NCBI GenBank assembly: GCA_035476575.1
Contig: DATILL010000074.1
Span: forward strand, 10,073 to 74,072
Direction: 5' to 3'
From: Mycobacteriales bacterium
Lineage (GTDB): Bacteria; Actinomycetota; Actinomycetes; Mycobacteriales; JACQDL01
Length of the DNA stretch: 64,000 nucleotides
Below are positions 57,870 through 64,000 of the stretch, piece after piece. The stretch's first letter is position 1; each line of letters opens with the position of its first letter. Both the position numbers and the translations under genes were made by a program. Under the pieces are notes generated by a model. That model was not told where the DNA came from, searched no databases, and worked only from the letters and a program-made list of their open reading frames with translations.

Positions 57870-58730
57870 TCAGCGGGCGGAGCCAACCTCGGGCACCAGC
57901 CGGGCCAGGGCCGCCCGGCCCGCCAGGCCGCCCCGCAGCACCAGCCGGAGCGGAAGGTACCGCCAGCCGGGGTACCGGCGGGACAGGTACAGGTAGGCGC
58001 TGCGGTGGTGCGCGGCGGCCATCGCGGCCCGGTGACGCCGGGTGGCGTGCCCACCCTCGTGCGTGACCACGGCGGACGGGACGTAGACGTTCTGCCAGCC
58101 AGCCCGGCCGATCCGCTCACCCAGGTCGAGATCCTCGAAGTACATAAAGTACGCCGGGTCGAAGCCGCGGACCGCGTCGAACGCCTCCCGCCGCAGCAGC
58201 AGGCAGGAGCCGGACAGCCAGCCGACCGGCCCCTCGCTCGGCGTGCCGCGCTCCTGCCGGTAGGCCCGCGTCCATGGGTTGCCCGGCCACCACCAGCCGC
58301 ACAGCGCGTGCCCGATGCCCCCGCCGAGCGACGGCAGTGCCCGCCCCGAAGGGTAGCGCGACCCGTCCGGCCGCAGGATCAGCGGCCCGACCGAGCCGGC
58401 CCGGGGCCAGCGGCCGGCCGCGGCCAGCAGGGCGTCCAGCGCGCCGGGCTCGAAGCTCACGTCCGGGTTGGCGACCAGCACGTACGGCGCGCTGGTAGCG
58501 GCGGCGCCGTGGTTGGCGGCCCGGCCGTAGCCGAGGTTTCCGCCGGTCGGCAGCAGCCGGACGCCGGCCCGGCCGGCAGCCCGCTCCGGCGCGCCATCGG
58601 TCGAGCCATTGTCGGCCAGCACCACCTCGTACGGGCTGGCGGTGGCCTTCTCCAGGGTGTCCAGGAAGTGGTCCAGCATCTCGCCCGGCGAGTACGTCAC
58701 CACCACGACCGCGACGGTCGGCGACGTCAC
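57870..58730 (-). CDS. Family 2 glycosyltransferase (WbbL-like rhamnosyltransferase by position next to manC)
   Basis: Has VAVVVVTYSPGE...VVLADNGSTDG and a YFMYFEDLDL (DxD-like) motif. GTGA overlap with the upstream GT4 stop. Confidence 0.8.
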   Translation of the reverse strand: MTSPTVAVVVVTYSPGEMLDHFLDTLEKATASPYEVVLADNGSTDGAPERAAGRAGVRLLPTGGNLGYGRAANHGAAATSAPYVLVANPDVSFEPGALDALLAAAGRWPRAGSVGPLILRPDGSRYPSGRALPSLGGGIGHALCGWWWPGNPWTRAYRQERGTPSEGPVGWLSGSCLLLRREAFDAVRGFDPAYFMYFEDLDLGERIGRAGWQNVYVPSAVVTHEGGHATRRHRAAMAAAHHRSAYLYLSRRYPGWRYLPLRLVLRGGLAGRAALARLVPEVGSAR

Positions 58731-59863
58731 CGGCTGGCCGCTCGGGCGTACGCCGCCAGATGCACCTCGGCGCTGGCGGACCAGGTGAACTCACCCGACC
58801 TGACCACCGCAGCCTCGGCCAGCCGGCGCCGCCGGTCCGCGTCGTCCACCAGCGCGACCAGGCCATCCGCGATCGAGTCGGAGTCGGCCTCGGTGTAGGC
58901 GACCGCGTCGCCGCCGACCTCGGGCAACGACAGCCGCGGCGTGGTGAGCACCGGCGAGCCGCAGGCCATCGCCTCCAGCACTGGCAGCCCGAAGCCTTCG
59001 CCGTGGCTGGGGTAGGCCACCACGAGCGCCCCGCCCAGGTACCCGGGCAGGTCGGCGAAGCGCAGGTAGCCCGGCCGGAGCACCCGCAGGTGCGACGGGA
59101 CCTCGGCGATCGCCTGGTCGATGTCGTCGTCCCAGCCGGAGCCACCGGCCAGGACCAGGGCGGGCGGATCCTCGCGGGCGGCGAAGCCCTTCACCCAGCC
59201 GCGCACCAGGGAGGGCACGTTCTTCCGCGGCTCCAGGGTGCCGAGAAAGGCGATGTACTGCGTGCCGTGCAGGCCGAGCCGGCGCTGCACCCGTTCTTTC
59301 TCCACCTCGCTCGGCACATGAAACGCCTCGTGGTCAACGCCGTGGTAGGCCACGTCGATCAGGGTGGGGTCGGCGGCCAGCACCCGGACCAGCTCGTCCC
59401 GGGTGGCCTTGGAAGGGGCTATACAGCGGCTAGCCCGGTGCAGCGCGTTCTTGATCGCGGAGCGGAAGAACGGACCCTTGACCGTAGTGTGCACCTCGGG
59501 CTGGGTGAAGAACGTGACGTCGTGGATCGTCACCACGACCGGCCGGCCGGGCCGCACCGGCATGGTGTAGTGCGGGCAGTGCAGGACCTGGGCCTCCACC
59601 TGCTGGGCCACCACCGGCAGGCCGGCCTGCTCCCAGGCCAGCCGCGCCGGCCGGTGCGAGATCGCGGTGGGGCCGGGCAGGATCCGGGCGGCCGGCGCCA
59701 ACCGGCCGTACCGCTCGGCGTCGGCCCGCTGGCAGACAATGGCCAGGTCGGCGTCTGCCGAGCCCAGCGCGGAGACGAGCCCGTCGACGTAGCGTCCAAC
59801 TCCGCCGCGATCGGCGGGAACGGCCGTCGCGTCAACGAGGACGCGGGGCGCGCGGTCGGACAC
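58727..59863 (-). CDS. Family 4 (GT-B) glycosyltransferase
   Basis: Has RVLVDATAV...GGVGRY and the C-terminal EGFGLPVLEAMACGSPVL motif. GTG 59863 is preceded by AAGGAG; the track start is TTG 59890. Confidence 0.85.
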   Translation of the reverse strand: MSDRAPRVLVDATAVPADRGGVGRYVDGLVSALGSADADLAIVCQRADAERYGRLAPAARILPGPTAISHRPARLAWEQAGLPVVAQQVEAQVLHCPHYTMPVRPGRPVVVTIHDVTFFTQPEVHTTVKGPFFRSAIKNALHRASRCIAPSKATRDELVRVLAADPTLIDVAYHGVDHEAFHVPSEVEKERVQRRLGLHGTQYIAFLGTLEPRKNVPSLVRGWVKGFAAREDPPALVLAGGSGWDDDIDQAIAEVPSHLRVLRPGYLRFADLPGYLGGALVVAYPSHGEGFGLPVLEAMACGSPVLTTPRLSLPEVGGDAVAYTEADSDSIADGLVALVDDADRRRRLAEAAVVRSGEFTWSASAEVHLAAYARAASR

Positions 59864-59995
59864 GGACACTCCTTGGCTCACTTCTGACAAACGTCAGTTT
59901 CCCGTCCTGCTCGGGCAGTTCGCCGCACAGCCTACGCCGCGCACAGGCGGGCATGTTCCCGCGCCCACGCCGCGTGGCGCGGTCGGGATAGCCGA

Positions 59996-61099
59996 CTACA
60001 GATCGTCGTAGAGACGCCACAGAGCGCGGCCGGACGCCGTCCAACTGAACTCCGCCGCACGTCGCCGGCCCCGCTCGACCAGGCCGGCGCGTAGCTCGCC
60101 GTCGTGCACGACCTGGGCCAGCGCCTCGGCCAGGGCCGCGTGGTCGTCCCGGGGGACGACGAGCGTCGCCCCGCCGCCGACCTCGACCAGCGCTGGCGCG
60201 TCCGAGCTGACCACCGGCACCCCGGCCGCCATCGCCTCCAACGGCGGCAGCCCGAACCCCTCCGCCCGGCTGGGCGCGGCCAGCACGGTGGCCCGGGACA
60301 GCACCACCGCCAGGTCGGCGTCCGGGAGGCGTCCGAGCAGCCGGACCCGGTCCGGACGCAGGCCGAGCTCGGCCGCCTTGGCGAGCGGGTCGACGCCGCC
60401 CCAGCCGGGCTGGCCGACCACGACCAGGGGCAGGTCGGGCGCCTTGGGTGAGGCGAGCGCGGCGAGCAGCACGTCCAGGCCCTTGCGTGGCTCCAGGGTG
60501 GCCAGGCTCAGCAGATAGCCGCCGTCCGGGAGGCGCAGCCGGACGGCCCGCTCGGCGGCGTCCGGAGGTGGGGTGAGGCCGGCGCTGACGCCCTCGCTGA
60601 TCACGGCGATCCTGCGGGCGGCGGCCGGGAAGATCGCTGCCAGCTCGGCGGCCACGGCATGGGTGGGTACGACGATCCGGTCGGCCGCGCGGGCGGCGTA
60701 CCCGATCGCCCGCTGGTGCCAGGCGACGCCGCGCGGGGTGAGCGTCCCGGGGTGAGTCCAGGGCACCGTGTCGTGCACGGTCACGACGAGCGGCCGGCCG
60801 CTGGCCCGGCGTGGGGCCAGCGGGGTCGGGGCGTGCACGAGGTCACCGCGCGGGGTCGGGCCGAGGCCGCGCTCCCAGGCGATGACCAGTGCCCGCCTGG
60901 GCAGCGGCAGGCGGTGCGGGCCGCCGGCGCTGGGGATCCTCGCTGCGGCCGGGTCGCGGTGGTACGCCGTCCAGCCGGTGACCGTGCTGCCGGGAGGGGC
61001 CGTGGCGGCAAGGGCGGTGGCCAGCTCGCGGGCGTACCGGCCGGTGCCGCCGGGGACCGGGGCCAGGCACTGCTCGAGCACGATGGCGAGACGGGTCAC
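59996..61099 (-). CDS. Family 4 (GT-B) glycosyltransferase
   Basis: Has GGTGRYARELA and EGFGLPPLEAMAAGVPVV. GTG start. Confidence 0.85.
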   Translation of the reverse strand: MTRLAIVLEQCLAPVPGGTGRYARELATALAATAPPGSTVTGWTAYHRDPAAARIPSAGGPHRLPLPRRALVIAWERGLGPTPRGDLVHAPTPLAPRRASGRPLVVTVHDTVPWTHPGTLTPRGVAWHQRAIGYAARAADRIVVPTHAVAAELAAIFPAAARRIAVISEGVSAGLTPPPDAAERAVRLRLPDGGYLLSLATLEPRKGLDVLLAALASPKAPDLPLVVVGQPGWGGVDPLAKAAELGLRPDRVRLLGRLPDADLAVVLSRATVLAAPSRAEGFGLPPLEAMAAGVPVVSSDAPALVEVGGGATLVVPRDDHAALAEALAQVVHDGELRAGLVERGRRRAAEFSWTASGRALWRLYDDL

Positions 61100-61135
61100 G
61101 GCCGGTCACGATAGCCGCCCGACCCACCTCCCCGC

Positions 61136-61290
61136 CGCCTGTGTGGTCACCTCAACGCCGTGTGGTCACCTATGGGGCGCCGCGGACCACGTGTGGTCAC
61201 CACAACGCCGAAAGGTGACCACACGGGCGCCGCAGACAACGACAGGTCACCACAACGCCGAAAGGTGACCACACGGGGGGACCGTGGTGA
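61136..61290. repeat. GGTNACC-box intergenic repeat locus F (6 boxes plus one degenerate box)
   Basis: Box starts are at 61145, 61164, 61195, 61214, 61245 and 61264 (spacing 19/31/19/31/19). The 33-mer GGTCACCACAACGCCGAAAGGTGACCACACGGG occurs at 61195 and 61245. The full palindrome TGTGGTCACCACA is at 61192-61204. Confidence 0.95.
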
Positions 61291-61334
61291 CGGGCGAGGT
61301 GCTCTGATGGCAGGATCGGCGATGGAGGTGGCCC

Positions 61335-62207
61335 GTGCGTATTGGTCTGCAGATTCCTGATTTCACCTGGCCGGGCGGTCCGGCCACGATGGGTGCCGAC
61401 CTGGCCGCCATCGCCCGGACCGCGGACGAGGCCGGCTTCGATCTCCTGGCGGTGATGGACCACCTGTTCCAGATCGGGCCAATCGGGCCGCCAGAGAGGG
61501 ACATGCTCGAGGCGTACACCACGCTCGGCTTCCTGGCCGCGCACACCGAGCGGGTCGAGCTGCTCACCCTGGTCACCGGCGTGGTCTACCGGGAGCCCGG
61601 ACTGCTGGCGAAGATCGTCACGACCCTCGACGTGCTGTCCGGCGGGCGGGCCTGGCTCGGCATCGGCGCGGCGTGGAACGAGGAGGAGGCGCGCGGGCTG
61701 GGCCTGCCGTTCCCGCCGACCGCCGAGCGGTTCGAGCGGCTGGAGGAGACGCTGCAGATCTGCCTGCAGATGTGGTCGGGCAACGAGGAGCCGTTCGAGG
61801 GCAAGCACTACCGGCTTGACCGGCCGCTCAACGTGCCGCAGGCGCTCAGCCGGCCGCATCCGCCGATCCTGGTCGGCGGCAGCGGGGAGAAGAAGACACT
61901 GCGGCTGGTCGCGCAGTACGCGCAGGCCTGCAACCTGTTCCCCAGCCCAGAGCTGCCGCACAAGCTGGAGGTGCTGCGGGAGCACTGCGTCACGGTCGGC
62001 CGGGACTACGACGAGATCGAGAAGACCGCATATTTCGTCTTCGACGTGGGCGAACGCGGCGAGAAGGTCGCCGAGACGATCGCCAGCCTCACCCGGCTGG
62101 CCGGCCTGGGCATCCAGACCGTGATCGGCGGGGTCGCCAACGTGCACACCCTGGAACCGGTGAAGATCATCGGCCGCGAGGTCATCCCCGCGGTCAGAGA
62201 CCTGTAG
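61335..62207 (+). CDS. Luciferase-like monooxygenase (LLM) class, probable F420-dependent oxidoreductase
   Basis: 290 aa with RIGLQIPDFTWPGG...AGFDLLAVMDHLFQ...GIGAAWNEEEARGLG, resembling the F420-dependent LLM subfamily. GGAGG lies upstream of the GTG start. Confidence 0.75.
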   Translation: MRIGLQIPDFTWPGGPATMGADLAAIARTADEAGFDLLAVMDHLFQIGPIGPPERDMLEAYTTLGFLAAHTERVELLTLVTGVVYREPGLLAKIVTTLDVLSGGRAWLGIGAAWNEEEARGLGLPFPPTAERFERLEETLQICLQMWSGNEEPFEGKHYRLDRPLNVPQALSRPHPPILVGGSGEKKTLRLVAQYAQACNLFPSPELPHKLEVLREHCVTVGRDYDEIEKTAYFVFDVGERGEKVAETIASLTRLAGLGIQTVIGGVANVHTLEPVKIIGREVIPAVRDL

Positions 62208-62223
62208 GCAGGTCCCGTCCGTA

Positions 62224-62250
62224 CGGCGGCGTCCGGCCGGACGCCGGCCG
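62224..62250. terminator. GC-rich palindrome between convergent genes
   Basis: GGCGTCCGG (62228-62236) is directly followed by CCGGACGCC (62237-62245). Confidence 0.45.
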
Positions 62251-63051
62251 TCAGCGCCGGCGGAAAACCAGCCGGATGAACGTGTAGTCCAGCCCCATGC
62301 GCTGCCAGTGCACCGGCCGGGACTGGTGCTCGGTAGCGAGCTCGCCCTCAAGATCGAGACCCTTGTCGCTCGCCAAGGTCACTAGGTCCTTGATCTCGGC
62401 GGGCGAGAAGATGTGCACCGGCTGGCCGTAGGCAAGGTGGTCACTCGTGTCCGGCGGGTCCTGGTCGTAGTCGGTGGAGACCACCAGCAGGCCCCCGGGC
62501 TTGAGGATCCGGGCCGACTCGGCCAGGAACGGCTCCAGCGGCACGCCATGCTCGATCACGCTCATGCAGGTCACCGCGTCGAAACGGCCGTCCGGGAAGT
62601 CGGTGCCGGTGATGTCGCCATACCGGAACAGCACGCCGTCGTGCCGCACGTCCGCGCCGAACTCCAGGTTGTTGCCCACCAGGTCGGACAGGCCGTACAG
62701 GCGCAGCCACGGCAGCACCGAGGAGTACCGCGCGGCCCCGGCGTCCAGCACCGAGGCGGCCGGGCCGCACTCCGCGAGCACGACGCTCACCGCGCCGAGG
62801 GCGTCCCAGTTCTTCGGCCGGTCGCGGTGCAGCGGCAGCCGCAGCCGGCGGCACTCGCGCACCGCCGCCTGCCACTCCGCGTGCGTGCGCAGCACGTCGG
62901 TCGGCGGCACCGGCTCAGGGCGCGGCCGGCCCTGCGGGTAGCGGCGCGCCTCAAGAGTGCGCTGGGCAGCCACCCGGGTCCACAGCACGTTCTCGGCCGC
63001 CCGCTTGGCGACGGCCAGGACGCGGCCACCGGGGGGTGCGGCATTCGGCAT
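62251..63051 (-). CDS. Class I SAM-dependent methyltransferase
   Basis: This is the C-terminal 266 codons of track ORF 62251..63942. Has the motifs VLDAGAA and LKPGGLLVVS. ATG 63051 is preceded by AGGAGA. Confidence 0.75.
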   Translation of the reverse strand: MPNAAPPGGRVLAVAKRAAENVLWTRVAAQRTLEARRYPQGRPRPEPVPPTDVLRTHAEWQAAVRECRRLRLPLHRDRPKNWDALGAVSVVLAECGPAASVLDAGAARYSSVLPWLRLYGLSDLVGNNLEFGADVRHDGVLFRYGDITGTDFPDGRFDAVTCMSVIEHGVPLEPFLAESARILKPGGLLVVSTDYDQDPPDTSDHLAYGQPVHIFSPAEIKDLVTLASDKGLDLEGELATEHQSRPVHWQRMGLDYTFIRLVFRRR

Positions 63052-63059
63052 CGGATCTC

Positions 63060-64000
63060 CTACTCGGTACGGGTACGGCGGGACGCCCAGAAGGCGCCGA
63101 AGGCGAAGTCGACCCCGGCCATCACGACGCGGGACACCAACGCGACCGCCAGCGCCTGCGGCCGGGCCAGCGCGGCGGCTAGCGCCAGCACCAGCACGGT
63201 ATCCCGGACGCCGGCGCCGGCCGGGGCCGGGATGAACAGCACGCCGAGGCAGTAGGCGAACGCGAACCCACCGACCGCCAGCGGCAGCGTCCTGGCCGCG
63301 TCGACGTGGTAGCCGAGCACCAGCAGGTAGCAGTGCAGGCCGAGCAGCAGCCAGTTCAGCACCTGCCAGCCGGCCGCGCGCACCATGCCACGGACGGTCG
63401 GCGCCGCCTCCAGCGGCTGTTGGCGGACCGTCCGGAGCAGCAGGTTCAGCCCGCTGGTGACGACGCGCGGATGTAGCGCGGCGAGCAGCACCGGCACTGC
63501 GAACGCCGTCCACCAGTACCGCCGTAGCGCGCCGGTCGCGCCCACCGGCAGCAGCGTGAACGCCACCGACAGCCCGACCGCCAGCGACAGCACGATAGCC
63601 AGCAGGCCCACGGCGAACGACGACCGGCGCGGCACCCGCAACGCGCGGCCGAGCTCGACCTGGGCCAGCATCGGCCACACCGACCCGGGCAGGTACTTGC
63701 CGAGCTGGCTGATGAAGAACACCCGGCTGGCCTGGCCGACCCGCAGCGGCGACCCGAGGTCGGCCAGGATCGCCCGCCAGGCCATCATCGCGGCGAGCAT
63801 GCCGGCCGCGCCGAGCGGGATCGAGCCGAGCACCGGCAGCCAGCCCATCTCGCCGAGCGCCCGGCCCACCTCGGCGGCGTGCCGGGCCACGAACAGCGCC
63901 CCAAACGCCACCACGGCTACACCGAAGCCGACCTTGGCCCACCGGACCGGACCCCAGCGGACCGGGCGCTGGCGGTGCCCCTGGCCGCGGCGCCGGCCTC
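63060..64000 (-). CDS. Lysylphosphatidylglycerol-synthase-TM-like (UPF0104) membrane protein, probably 5'-truncated by the window edge
   Basis: Multi-TM protein with ISQLGKYLPGSVW and FIPAPAGAGVRD motifs. The frame stays open upstream of the track start 63914 to the window end (…RPVRWGPVRWAKVGFGVAVVAFG). Confidence 0.7.
   Translation of the reverse strand, partial: GRRRGQGHRQRPVRWGPVRWAKVGFGVAVVAFGALFVARHAAEVGRALGEMGWLPVLGSIPLGAAGMLAAMMAWRAILADLGSPLRVGQASRVFFISQLGKYLPGSVWPMLAQVELGRALRVPRRSSFAVGLLAIVLSLAVGLSVAFTLLPVGATGALRRYWWTAFAVPVLLAALHPRVVTSGLNLLLRTVRQQPLEAAPTVRGMVRAAGWQVLNWLLLGLHCYLLVLGYHVDAARTLPLAVGGFAFAYCLGVLFIPAPAGAGVRDTVLVLALAAALARPQALAVALVSRVVMAGVDFAFGAFWASRRTRTE

Noticed and set aside
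62251-63942. Single 563-aa ORF spanning the methyltransferase and the upstream region.
   Set aside because: The N-terminal ~300 codons are R/G/A-rich and lie in a different frame from the clear multi-TM UPF0104 gene (63060..63914+). The methyltransferase has its own ATG at 63051 with an AGGAGA RBS.

Overview
This is a high-GC actinobacterial chromosomal core segment with about 57 protein-coding genes on both strands. I saw no rRNA, tRNA, CRISPR array, transposase or integrase. Gene order parallels the Mycobacterium tuberculosis Rv3235-Rv3265c neighbourhood: Rv3235-like, secA, hpf, comF, lpqB-mtrB-mtrA, ahcY, manA, SIS protein, pmm, DUF3499, metallopeptidase, whiB2, fbiA-fbiB, manC and a wbbL-like gene. 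Lineage-specific additions are a cvnABCD conservon, pruA-kynA, a patatin/WS-DGAT pair and a multiply frameshifted Fic gene. Others are a membrane/DUF4129/DUF4350 + MoxR/DUF58 + SpoIIM-like/RDD module, a second short adenosylhomocysteinase paralogue, fbiC and a PAS-GGDEF gene. The most striking non-genic signal is a repeat family present at six intergenic loci. It is built from GGT(C/G)ACC boxes flanked by ACA or TGT, 30 boxes in total, with an invariant alternating 19/31-bp spacing (50-bp period). It occurs in both orientations and in both convergent and divergent intergenic regions, and I cannot assign it to a described element from memory. The ORF track prints alternative start codons as M and gives the longest ORF, so I re-set many starts using RBS-like purine runs, 4-nt stop/start overlaps (GTGA/ATGA, very frequent here) and typical family N-termini. 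All functional calls come from motif and pattern recognition and remembered synteny; no database search was possible.
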